Below, in pieces: positions 1 to 12,300 of a stretch of 64,000 bases of DNA. The position numbers and the translations under genes were made by a program. Positions within the stretch are counted from its first letter, which is position 1; each line of letters begins with the position of its first letter. The notes under the pieces are model-generated. The model saw only the letters and a program-made list of their open reading frames with translations, was not told the origin of the DNA and made no database searches. Origin of the DNA: Lama guanicoe (Eukaryota); the NCBI GenBank assembly GCA_013239625.1, contig MU054338.1:5556724-5620723 (forward strand), written 5' to 3'.

Positions 1-2397
1 ATCATGGTTAGGAAAGTTGAGTGATTTTTCTTGCATCTAAACTAGGTTGGTTGTGAAGATTTACTTTTTCTTTGCTCGCTTGATATGACTGTAGCTTTAC
101 TCCAGATTGTTCCAGAACTTTAGAATTTGGAGATAAGTGCATAATCCTTTTGTGACTAGGCCAGATAAGTTTCTTGTTGCCATGACTGGCTTTGCTTTGT
201 GTCTTGGAATGGTAGGGTATTTAAAAAAAAAAAAATAGTTTCTTTTTTTTTTTTTGTCATTGGCTGCAAATACTAATTTTGGATACCTGTGGTGAGAAGA
301 ACAAAATGGCGTGTGGCTTTGCTCCCATAGGCACTTTGTTGTGCTTTTGAGCCTTGAATACTTTGCCCTGGGATGCCTCTAACCCCTGTGAGGAGATTGT
401 CAGCCTTGTCCCAGTTCCTGTGGTGGCACAAGAGGTGGACCGGTGAGGTTACTTCCTGTGGTAACAGGAAACCCATCTTATCCTGCCCTGAACGTAGGAA
501 CAGCATCTGCAGGCCTTGCTGTCTCCTACTGCTTTGGCACCTTCTCTCTGATTGAGACTGTACTGCCTGTCTGTCCTGAGACCTCCCAGAGTGACCGTGG
601 GCAAGAGCAAAGGGCTTTTGTTCTGCTGCTACTTGTGATCAGACCCATGTTAGTAAAAAGGTCTTTGTACCAAATAAAATCTTGAAGTCAGGTTTTCAGA
701 GTAGTTGCCTAGATTGGTTTTTCAGATTCAGTTCTTGATTCTATTTTTTGTGTTGTTAACTTGACAGTTGAATCATTTTGGTGCTTCCTCTGCTGCCTCC
801 CTGTTCAATGCCCGTTCTTTCCTATCAAGACACTTCTTTGTGCAAACAACTATACTTGGTGCTGCAGGGATGTAGGTGGGTATGTGGCTCTTGACCTTGA
901 AGGACGTGGTGCAGCTGAGGAGACGATGCTGAGAGTGGCTCAGGGCAGCCCCAGAGTTCAGCACAGAGAAGTGGCCTAGTTGAGGGAGCCAGTAGAGATG
1001 TTGATTCCTGGGCCCTTGGCAGCTATATGAGAACTACACAAAGGTGATCGATCATTTTCTGTGTGTTAAGATTTGAAAAACACTGCTCTAGATGGCTGAT
1101 AGAAATGTTCTGCTCAGCCCTGGATCTAGGCAGGGATGCAAGAAGATCATGCAGGAGATGCAGTGTAAGCTGGAGGGGCTGGGTGGGCTTCAGCATAGGC
1201 AGAGAGTGTGCTGGCACACAGGGCTGACAGTGTCAGGTGCAGAGGCTTGGAGAGGAGGGTGTACCAGGGACAGGAAAAACAGGTTAAAATTCTGAGTCAG
1301 AGCAGGTCTGTGAACGCTCATGAAAAAAATTTGACTTCCTATTCAAATCAGTCGTAGGTTGATTGCGAAGGCTTTTTTAGGGAATGGTTTGAGCCAAGTG
1401 TTGTTTTCAGAACGAGAACCTAAGCTTGAGTGTGCTGAGTTAGATCCTAGGTGTTACGGAAGAATAAGCCCTGTACTTGGTTGCAGGCTGGCGTCTGTTT
1501 CTTGGTGTACTGTCCCACATCCATCCTTTATTTAGCAGGTAGGTGTAGTACTAGTAGAAACAGCCTCGGGGTACGGTTTAATCTCTGTGGTCATGGTCAT
1601 AATATCAGATGTACTCTGGCTGGTGTCCACATTGCTGAGCACATTTCAGGACCAGAGAGGGTGTGGGTACAAGTTTCTTCTACGTAATTAAAGACCCAGA
1701 AGAAACCTTTAAAAGCTAATGCTAATGATAGCATTAGACAAACTTCAAAGAGGTTTGTATGAAAAGCCAAGCGAGCAGCAGTGTTACCGTTCTGGATAGC
1801 TGAGAGCGTTAGGGTTTTGTTTTCCTGAGGCTTAGAACTTGGTCACCATCATACTTGCTCCTTCCAGGCAGGGCTGGTGGGTGGGTGGGCTCAGCTTGCT
1901 GTGGTCTTCCCTCGCACAGCTTGTGGATTAGGTCACATTTCCAACACTACATGCAGTTGCTGGGTTTTAGGATTTGGGCTCTAAGTGTAGCTACAGAAGT
2001 AGGTTGCTGACGGATAACCATGAGGTGTTGATTGGATCTGGATGGGTGAGTGCATGCTTCATGTGAGTACTGGGGGTCTGTACCAGCTTTAGGAAACTGC
2101 TACTGGCCCCATTCTTGCTTTGACTTTCCAAGTTCAGCTCATGGGTGCATTTCCAGAGGCCCTACCAACTGGGCCTCAGACTCTGGAGCGACACGAGACC
2201 GTAGCATCATGACCCCATCATCAAGGACTCTTGCAGTTTTCCAGTGAAATGACTTGTCTGTGTGTATATTTCTCAACCCCTTCCCCTTTCCTCTTTTATT
2301 TTTTAATTAGTAGTACTCCTGCTCTGGAATCTGTAATAAAAATTTCTGTTACCATAGAGGAATTTGGCTAATTTTTTTTTCTTCCTGATTTCCTTAG

Positions 2398-5300
2398 AAA
2401 TCCTAAGTAATGCACTGAAGAGAGGAGAGATCATTGCAAAGCAGGGAGGAGGTAGGAAACGCTTAGTTTTGATGTTTTGATCTTTAGAATAGGCTTGTAT
2501 TGCTGGGGATAGTAGAGTGTAGTGGTGAAAAGCATGGGCTCTAAAATAGACTGCCTGGGGTGGGGACCCAGCTCTGCCTCTTCTAGCTGTGTGGCATTTG
2601 GCAAGTTACTGAACCCCTCTGTTTTTCACACTGTAAAATGGGGATATAATAGTACCTACCTCACAGGGTTGTTGTGCAGAGTAAATGAGTTAATAACATA
2701 AAAGAGGACCTACGTATGTACTATGTACACATTAGCCATTGTAATTATAATGTCCATGTAATTTTGGGACTTCTTTCTAATACTATAAAATTGTAAATTC
2801 CTAAAAGTGAATATTTTACCTGATTATAAAAGTACACATTTAATCATGACAAATGTTTACTAGAATATAAACGTGTTTTCACAATAATTCAGAAAATTAC
2901 AAAGAAAATAAATAACCTGAAATCTCATTGCCCAGTGATGACTGCTGTAAATATTTTGGAATATAGTCTTCCATTAATACACTTTTTTTTTTTTTTTTGG
3001 TAATGGGTAGTTTAAATGTACTTCTTTTAGTTCGATTTTTTTTTCCCCTCGTGTCTCTGAGCATCATGGCATTTCCTTGGTAACTTCACTGGCTGGAGTT
3101 GTTTTTATGGTGGGCTGATTCTAGAACTCCACAGGGGTACCGTTTTCTTTCTAGTTCTCTGCTGCTTTTGGCACCTAGGATATCCATCACCCTCATTTTT
3201 GATGCTCTTGGGTATGCTACCTACCCTCTCTAGGTCTCTTACCTTTTTTATAGTTTCTGAGAAATTTCTGCTCTGAAAGTTTAATATTCTTAAAATTGTG
3301 TTCATACTTCGCCATTTGGTGTGCTGTTACTCAGCTAAAAAGCAGGCACAGAGAAGTGGCGTGACTTGTCTAAGATCTTACCTAGTTAGTTAAATCAGTT
3401 AAAGAAACTGCTGGATTTCCTCTTCTTAAATTTGCATCTTGGCCTGGGCTGCTTGATTCAATAATGGGCTGGCTGAGGGCTCAACTGCCCATTTTTTCAG
3501 AGGCAGGTGGTGGTGAATTGAACCGTGAGAGGGACCCTTGAGCTGCTCTGCATGTGGAAAAACCTGGTGGGTGGTGGCCTTGGGGCTGGAGCCAGACCCT
3601 CCTTCAAAATTGCAAGCATCACAGGATCACTGTGCACTGCTGACCTGCCAACATGTGTCCCGCTGAACCATGGCAGTAAGAAACTGATCTCAGGCCTCTT
3701 TCAGAATCCACTCTGCAGTGCCATTGACTTTTTTTCCTCCAAAGCCAGCAAAGTAATACATAGCAAAGGCGGTGGGCAGTTTCCCTGACGGAGTAAGCTT
3801 CCTTGAAAGTGGCTGTCTGCTCATTTATACCCAAGATATTGGTGTTGGTGTTTGTTTCTGTATCTCTTCCTGATTCCATGGCTATGTACTAACTTCTCTA
3901 TGCTGTGGAGGTGCTAAGGAAATGCAGCCAGAAGGTTACCAGTAAGGCATCGTAGAGAGACAGATTGAGAGAGGCTAGAGGTTGTGAGCAATCTTAATTG
4001 TCACCATATAATCCATTACATCAGGTGACCGCTTCAGTGTGGGGTTTCTGAGCCTTTATCGATGTCTGGTGGTCGGGAAGCAGAGTTTTCAGGAATTGAT
4101 GCCCCTGGCTCACAAAGCTTGTCATAAGTATGAGCACTTCCAAAGTAACATGGAGAATGTTATTGACAAACTTCCTCCAGGGTGGGTTTTTTTCCTTTTT
4201 ATGTTTTGTTTTGGAAATTTTAACTGTGGCACAGAAGTAGGAAGAATGATGTACTCATTCTTTAACAGTTGTCAACATTTGAGGCATGTCTAATGATAAA
4301 TTATTGTGGTAATCAACTGTGGTTGAGCGTGTGAAGTGCTCAGGCCGCTGCACCCAGGTCACCCTCCTGGCATGGTGTGCACACAGATCCTCAAGTCCCT
4401 GACATCGGCCTGTTTTGTGTCTGTTTTAGGTGGAGGCGGGGGCAGTGTCCCTGGAATCGAGAGGATGGGCCCTGGCATTGACCGCATTGGGGGTGCCGGC
4501 ATGGAGCGCATGGGCGCAGGCCTGGGCCACGGAATGGATCGTGTGGGCTCCGAGATTGAGCGCATGGGCCTGGTCATGGACCGCATGGGCTCAGTCGAGC
4601 GCATGGGCTCTGGCATCGAGCGCATGGGCCCACTGGGCCTTGACCACATGGCCTCCAGCATCGAGCGCATGGGCCAGACCATGGAGCGCATCGGCTCCGG
4701 CGTGGAGCGCATGGGTGCCGGCATGGGCTTTGGCCTCGAGCGTATGGCCGCACCCATTGACCGCGTGGGCCAGACCATCGAGCGCATGGGCTCTGGTGTG
4801 GAGCGTATGGGCCCTGCCATCGAGCGCATGGGCCTGAGCATGGAGCGCATGGTGCCCGCAGGCATGGGGGCAGGCCTGGAGCGCATGGGCCCCGTGATGG
4901 ATCGCATGGCCACCGGCCTGGAGCGCATGGGCGCCAACAACCTGGAGCGCATGGGCCTGGAGCGAATGGGCGCCAACAGCCTGGAGCGCATGGGCCTGGA
5001 GCGCATGGGCGCCAACAGCCTGGAGCGCATGGGTCCCGCCATGGGCCCTGCCCTGGGCGCTGGCATTGAGCGCATGGGCCTGGCCATGGGTGGCGGTGGC
5101 GGTGCCAGCTTTGACCGCGCCATCGAGATGGAGCGTGGCAACTTCGGAGGAAGCTTCGCAGGTTCCTTTGGTGGAGCCGGAGGCCATGCTCCTGGGGTGG
5201 CCAGAAAGGCCTGCCAGATATTTGTGAGAAATGTAAGTGGCTCTTCAGGAACTTCTCGGTGCTGTTAACACTCAGAGGAAGGAGGGAGACCTAAAGTCAA

Positions 5301-7873
5301 CAGGACTGAAAGGTGGCAGGTCAGAGTCAGAGGTGATGCCCTCAGAAGGAGAGCTGAGTAGGATGCAAGGCCACCTTGCCACTGGCCCCAAAGTTTGGTG
5401 TTAGGATTAGGAGGGAATGTGAGGGCTTAGTAACAGTCAAGCAGCAAAAAGTGTGTTTTGCGAAATCCTGGGCTTCTCTGACTACTAGATGAAACAGACG
5501 GTGGTCTGAAGGACTTGATCAGTAACTTGATTTCTTAATCCCTTTGGCTTGACATTTCAATAGGGGAAGAATGGCTGTATCTGACTTACCTTCACCAGAT
5601 TGACCACCTTTAGTTTACCTACTATTCAGTGGTTCTGTGGGCTGCTCACCACAGGCAACTGCGTTCTGCTGTCTGGGCGATTCTCCCATAGACAGAGCCA
5701 CCAGGGAGGGAGGGAACTTGCTGTGCCAGTTTAGAGCCTCATCCAGACAAACTTGTTTTGTATCTTGCTGACCTTCTTAGTTTGAAGATCAGCCAGTTTC
5801 TCTGTAATAAGAAATCTTGAAGCCACAGTCAGAGACAATTGGAATGTTTATGCATTAGTATTTGGTTGAACCACTCACCAGTCTCTCCTTTTTTTTTTTT
5901 TTTTTTACCCTCAGCTCCCATTTGATTTTACATGGAAGATGCTAAAAGACAAATTCAACGAATGTGGTAAGTGTTTGAGAAAGGCTTTCTAGGTGCTTCC
6001 TTGTGTTGTGGCTTCAGAAATCTTAGCTTGTTGGTGATGCATTTGAGTCATGCAGCCAAGCTTCCATCCTTGTCTTCATAGACACTTTCCATGACTGGAG
6101 GACTGGTGGGACTTGCCATTTTTCTGCCTGTGCAAATACTCAAGCAGGTCGTTGAGTTTCCCGTTATGTGTCATACACTTGTCAGCTGTGTTCTCATTTT
6201 TTCTCTCATCCTTCCTTCCGTTCCCTTCCTTCCTTCCCTCCCTCCCTCTTTCTTTCTCCTTTTCTGGTTTATGAAAGGAGCTAGTGTTGTCCCCATTTTA
6301 GAATCAGGCAAAGTCACATTCCCAAGATCACATGGCTTCTGGGTGACAGAGCCAAATAAATGTATTTCAGTCAGGGTCACTGTCCACAGTAGCACCACTG
6401 GTCTGTGCCTCAAAGAGCACTCACCCAGCAGGCCCACAGGTGAGATTTCATAGGCTCTGGGCAAACCCACAGCTTCAGTGTGGATGAGGGTAGGGTCTCT
6501 GGGTCTCTGTGGTTTCCTAGCACACTGGGCAGCCATTCTGGAAGGCTTACTTTGTGGCCAAAAGGAAGTGAAATTGTCTCCAGCTGAGGCCCTGCCCCTC
6601 ACCCCTGCCACTTCTGTCCTTTTAACCATCAAGGGGAGCCCCAGCCCTAAGCCAGGGGTCTGGGTGGCTTGCTGGATCAAGGCGTCCTCAGTGTTTTCTC
6701 ATTTCCTTTTGCTTTAAAGTGTCTCAGATTTCACCACTGCTGCTTCTCCTGGTTCTTCTCTCGGGTCAGCCATTGAGCCATAGCCTGCCTTATTGCCCTC
6801 TTTCCCTACTCCTTCATTTCCACATTGTAGTAGATATTCTGAAAAGTCAAATTGGATCATGCCACTGCCCCTGCCTCCGATGCCCGGAGGTGCCCCTCTG
6901 CTGACAAGAAGGAGCCGAAACTCACCAGCCTCTGTACAACTTTAGTCTCATCCCATTTCTTCTCCCTCCTGTCCTTGAATCCCGAGTTTGCCAGTGCTGT
7001 TGCCCACAAGTGCTCTGTTGTGAGCTGTTACCAGCAAGGGTCTTCTTCCTGCTGGACTTCCCTTAAGCTGTTTTAGAACTTTCCTGGGAGAAGCCTTCTG
7101 GGATGTTGACCTTCCCTCAGGCAGAGTTGATGACCCTCGAATTGAGGGTGCCAGCACTAGCTACACTGTGTGTTCTTGGCTCTGTGTTTCTGTGGCTCTT
7201 CCCTTGCAGATTGTTTCCACAGTGCTTGACACATACCTGGATCCTTAACCGGAGCTTGAATGAATGTGTGTAATCTGCCTGCTAATTATTACACGGCTTA
7301 TATTTGGACAGTACAGAAGTGTCCACTGTATTGGCAGTGGCCTAGTAAAAACGGAACAGTGTATTAAAAGTGAAGCCTCTCTAAAATTTGCCTATGAAGT
7401 TGGCTTCCCAGGGCTTCTTTATAACTTTCTCGAGTGTAAAGGCGTGCATTTGCAGCTACCAGGACTGCTCTTCGTGGCTCAGATTGTTGTCCTTTTGGCA
7501 GAAGAATGGCAGCATAGCTGAGGGCCATAGTAGCTGGGTTCTGGCCGCTGTGTTCTGAACATTCATGCGCCAGACGCGAGGGCCACTCTCCCTTTTGACT
7601 CTATCAACCGAAATCCAACAGGTGATCTGGACTGAGTGGAGCCCAGACTGAGGCTGAGCTCTGGGTTTGCCTGATGAGTTGTGGTCTCTTCTTCCCTCCC
7701 TGTGCCCAGGCCACGTGCTGTATGCTGACATCAAGATGGAGAATGGGAAGTCCAAGGGGTGCGGTGTGGTTAAGTTTGAGTCGCCAGAGGTGGCTGAGAG
7801 AGCCTGCCGGATGATGAATGGGATGAAGCTGAGTGGCCGAGAGATTGATGTTCGAATCGATAGAAATGCTTAA
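2398..7873 (+). CDS. HNRNPM: Heterogeneous nuclear ribonucleoprotein M, last four coding exons (5' part lies outside the window)
   Basis: Exons 2398-2451 (ILSNALKRGEIIAKQGG), 4430-5232 (Met/Gly/Arg-rich ERMG repeats to CQIFVRN), 5915-5966 (LPFDFTWKMLKDKFNEC) and 7710-7873 (HVLYADIKMENGKSKGCGVVKF...IDRNA*, RRM3). All have AG/GT boundaries with consistent phases. Confidence 0.97.
2516..2697 (+). mobile_element. MIR SINE
   Basis: MIR core motifs: ggcaagttact...ctgtaaaatggggatataatagtacctacctcacagggttgttgtg...aaatgagttaata. Confidence 0.85.
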
Positions 7874-8111
7874 GCAGTTGCCTTTTTTAAACATCGATAC
7901 CAGACCTCTGAATTTGTATTTTTTCTTGTTAACCATTTTAATTTGTTGGCTGGATGTATAAAGATGTTTAAAAAATTCAGTTGCTTTTTGGGGTAATTTG
8001 AATTACTTTTTTAATGACTGGGGATCCATTTGACTGTTTGCATTGGGATTGCAATGTGCGCAATTTTTTTTGTAGTTGTGGCATCTTGTTGACATCGAAT
8101 ATGACTTTGAT

Positions 8112-8117
8112 AATAAA
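8112..8117 (+). terminator. HNRNPM polyadenylation signal AATAAA
   Basis: AATAAA ~240 nt after the stop, followed by a GT/T-rich downstream tract. Confidence 0.85.
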
Positions 8118-8404
8118 TACCAGTTCCTGAAAGCTGCTTGCTTTTGCGTGTGTGTTGTGGGGCAACCACCTGAGGTTTGGGGAGCTGGAGCTACTCCTTT
8201 CTACCCTTGGAGCTGTGGACCCTTGGGGGGTGGGAGGCCACTGGCCCCGGCCGCTGTGGAAAATCTCTCTATGGAAACTAAATGGAGCTCTTGGCTGTTA
8301 GAGCCATCCTGTCTCCCTCCGGTGCAGTTATTCTGTGGGGGCACAGAGGCTGCGTTTAGGCTAATTTCTAGTTTGGCTTTTGTCTCAGCCAGCTCCCGCT
8401 GATA

Positions 8405-8670
8405 TGAAACATTTATTTCTCAACAGTTCTGGAGTCTGGGAAGTACAAGATCAAAGCACTGGCAGATTTGGTCCCTGGTGAGGGCCCGATCCTGCTTCCT
8501 GATGGCACCTTCTAGTGTAACCTCACATGGCAGAAGGGGCCAGGGAACTTGTCAGGCTTTTTTCATAAGGGCACAAATCCTATTCGTCAGGGTTCTGCCC
8601 CCATGACCTGATCCCTCCCAAAACATCCCATCTCGTACTGTCGTTGAGCATTAGGTTTTCAACACAGGAA
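8405..8670 (-). mobile_element. MaLR LTR fragment (MLT1A/MST-like)
   Basis: atttatttctcaacagttctggagtctgggaagtacaagatcaa...cctcacatggcagaagggg resembles the MaLR LTR consensus; boundaries approximate. Confidence 0.75.
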
Positions 8671-9359
8671 TGTTTTGTTTTGTTTGTTTTTGGGTTTGTT
8701 TTTTTTTTTTGCAGTGGGGACACAAACATTGAGTCTATCAGCTTTTCTTTGCTAAAACAGACCAAGCAGGGTGTGCATTTCTGAGCATATTTAGTCATGT
8801 CAAAGGTTAGGCCGAACTTGATACCTGAACTCTGTCAGAACTGGGTCACATTCCCTCTTGCCCCAAAGATGTGACCTGATACGTAAGTTCACTTAGGTTT
8901 GACAGCTATTGGTAGCCTGTGAAGAGCTGTAGCTGCTGCTTGTCATGTTGGATGTGGAGGGTCACAGAGCGTCTCTTCTCCACCCTGGCCGGCAGCTGAC
9001 AGGGTACCATCACAAGGATTCCCATCTCAAAGTCTAGCAAGGTGCCAGCTACCTTGCCACCTTCCACTGCCCTACTTTCTCCTTCCGAGCCTTTATCCTT
9101 GAGGGGTGAGACCTTGGAAGAGGGGTTTGGCTCCACAGATTTTCCTTAAGTGTTTGATCATGGCTCCACTGTGCCCATCCGGAGAGAAAGAAAAGACAAG
9201 AAGCAGGCATCACTTTAAAAGAGGGGCTTTATGTGGTCTGTGTACATGGTCAGACAGGAGCCTGGGCAGTTCTGTGGTGATCAACCTGGAATCCATGGTT
9301 CTTTGGGTTAGCAGGTGGCCGGGCTGGTGGGTTGTCCTGGATCCCTACACCTGCTAGCC

Positions 9360-12300
9360 TTATTGTCCCCGGGGGAATGCTTGGCTCTCCTGAGGATCTG
9401 CTGAGGAAGTGACTACACTGACCCCTTTTCCCATAAACAGATAGACAGCAGCCCCTGGGGCAGTGGGGCTGGGTCCTCCCCCTCCCAAGGCACTGTCATC
9501 CGTCCAGTCCACCTGTCCAGTCTACATACCCCAGAAACCGACGTCATCGTACACCTCTGTTTCCCTGGTAGAGAGAACAGGTGGGTCAGTGAGGGTTACC
9601 CTGGTCTATGACCCCTCCACCTCAATCCTCCATCCCAGTCAGGGCCATTACTCACAGGGGCAGGAGAGCTGTTCTGGGCACGTAGCCATCTGTGAAGAGA
9701 GCAGGGGTGGGTGAGTTCTCCGCCCTCCATGGTGGTGGCCCATCTCCCCAGGGCTGCCCGGGCCGGGCTCACTCACACTTGCCCTTGGTGTCCCGGCATA
9801 GCATCTCCTCCTTGTTGGTGAACTCAATCACCTCCAGGATCTCCCCACGCCGAATCCCCAGATGCTTGCCACCCGCACGACGAGTCTTGGCATTGGGGTC
9901 GATCATCATCCTTGTCTGAATCACGATCTCCCCCTCAAACTGGGGAGGGAGACATTGGTTAAGAGTTTTTGCCTCTGCTGCCACCCCAAGAACCCCTGGC
10001 TTCTCTCTGAGGATGGAATCTGTGGGGCTTTGGTCAAGCCCAACCCTCCCAGGGACTCTTGCTCTGCTTGGTGTTCATACCTTGAACTTCTTCCGGAACT
10101 CTCTCTCAGCTTTCTCTGCCTTCCGGATCTGCTTCAGGGTCTTCAGGTCTGTGGGCATCAACTGCTGTGGCTGGAGGGCCTTCTCCTTCCTGAGCCCCCC
10201 AAGGAATTGGGTGCTCATGAGCAAGGCATGCTTCTTGGGGATCCCCTTTTCTTGTCCTCCCGGAGCTCAGCCCCACCCTGTCCCATGCCCTTTGCCCTGT
10301 GGTACCTGAGCTCTGGGTCTTGTGGTGGCCTCCTGGGGGGTTGCTGGGGAGATGGCACTTCATCTGGGGCGGTCAGAATGGCATGTTAGGGCAGGGACTG
10401 TTGGTTCGGCCTCTGGACCTGGTGGCTTGATCTTCCCTGTGTCAGTTCTCAGGACGTCGGTCCCCTCCCCACCTCCCTGGGCCTTTCTCGTGGGTTGTGA
10501 GTTCTAGTGGATTCCCTTTCATTTCTCAACTCCTGCCACGTACTCGGCATGGCGGAAACTGTTTATCACTCATTTCAACACTCACAACAGCTTTATTGAT
10601 GACGGTCATCCCACCTCGCTGAGTAGGAAATAAAGGTTCAGAGAGGTGAGGCAACCTGCCCAAGGTCACTCAGCTGTTTAAGAGGCAGGATTTATTTGTT
10701 AAGCTTTTGAGGCCATTTCACCCCTGCCTCAGAGAGAGGTTAGGTTCTGGGAACTGAAAGGAGATTTAAGTCAAAAAATAAGGCAAAGAAAAGCATTTCC
10801 AAGGCAAACAAAGTCCGCCTCTGAGAAGGGCTGTTGGAATGGAGTGCTTGGACTGGCCTTGCTGGTGATGAGGTTCTCTGGACTTGGGGGGGCTCCCAGG
10901 TGAGGGCCGACTTCCTGGCAAATGACCAGCTTTCCAGGTCTGAGTCCTGCTCGCCAAGGGTTTGGCTTTCAGCAAGAGCCTCATGAAAACCAGGTGAGTG
11001 AAGGATCCAGAAGCTGAAACCCCCAGCTTTTCGCAGTCGTTCCTGAGGGACCTGAAGTGCTACTCTGGACATTTTGGGTTAGCAGAACCTCCTGTCAAAC
11101 TGCCCACTGAAGGGTGACACTTACCTGCGCCTTCAGACACTAAGCTTGCCTCTAGCATCAGCCTGGTGCTTGGATAACAGTGCCAACCACAGCCCCACCC
11201 AGAACATTCCCTCAAGCTCCCCCTGCCTCTCCCAGAGGCCGCCCAGGCAGGAGATGGTCACTCAGCTGGGAGCAGTCTTGGCTTTACCCCAGGGACCCTA
11301 TAAACCTGCCACAGCCGTTGGAGCACAGCCCTGGGTGCGGCAGTGTGGAGCAGACCCTGGTGTTCCTGTGGCCTGGCTTCCTGGCAGTGTGGGGGGGAAG
11401 GGAAAGGGTGGGCCTTGCTTGCAAGGCTGCTGGAAGTGCAGTGGCCAGAAGTGCTCCCCACGTTCACATCCCCAGGAGTGGCCCCCAGACCCAAGCCACA
11501 GTGTCTCACTGGAGCGGAAGCAGGAGGGGCCCCGTCAGGAAGTGCTGTGCTAACAGGAGTGTTGCAAGCAGCCCCTGGGGAAAGGCTGGGAGAAGCAGAG
11601 CGCAGGTGGGAGCAACAGCTGTAGAGGCAGCGGACTCTGAGGAGTGGGCTGGTGAGGAAGAAGTGGTAGCGTCCCAAAGGCACCCCTGATGAAAGGTTCC
11701 CCTGCAGGAGACCCCTCCCAAGATGGGGCAGGGAAGCTGCCTGGGAGCAGAGGGCCTGGGCCACTGCGTACTGGCTGTGTGAGCTGGGGCAGGTCTCCTG
11801 GTTCTCAGGCGCCCACGTCTGTCTGTAAGATGGGCATGACCTCGCCTCAGGGGTGGAGTGTGGTGCACGTTCGGGAAGGGGCTGGCATGGGAGCCAGCTT
11901 TGTTTTCACACCAGGTTGGTGAATGTATTATCCCTGGAGCTGGGACTGCAGACGTGAGGTGTCTGCCACACCCCGTCTCCAGCCGGTGCCTCTTGAGTTC
12001 AGGCCCAAGTCCCACCTGGACATCCCTCAGGCACCCCCAACACAACAGGTTTCAGGTGGACCCTGACTCGTCTCCCTTACTCAGGGATGCCCCTATTCTG
12101 CACACGGGTGCCCAGCTCGAAACCCAGGCTTCGACCACGTCATGTGCTTGCTCACTCTCATCCCTGGTTAGTACACCGCCAAGTGCCCTTCCTGATTCTT
12201 CCACTGCTCACCATGCCTTCTGTCTCACCCTGGGCCACACACCTGCCCTGGTTGTGGTCAGGCTGTTGGCCTCTGGGCTGCCCTTCCTCACACTGTTCCA

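Noticed and set aside
4092..4181. Possible cassette exon in the HNRNPM intron
   Set aside because: Splice sites are only moderate and there is no independent support in the sequence
4359..5187. Long antisense ORFs (260 aa and 198 aa) with PMRS/AHAL repeats
   Set aside because: Shadow frames of the repetitive HNRNPM GAGCGCATGGGC coding exon
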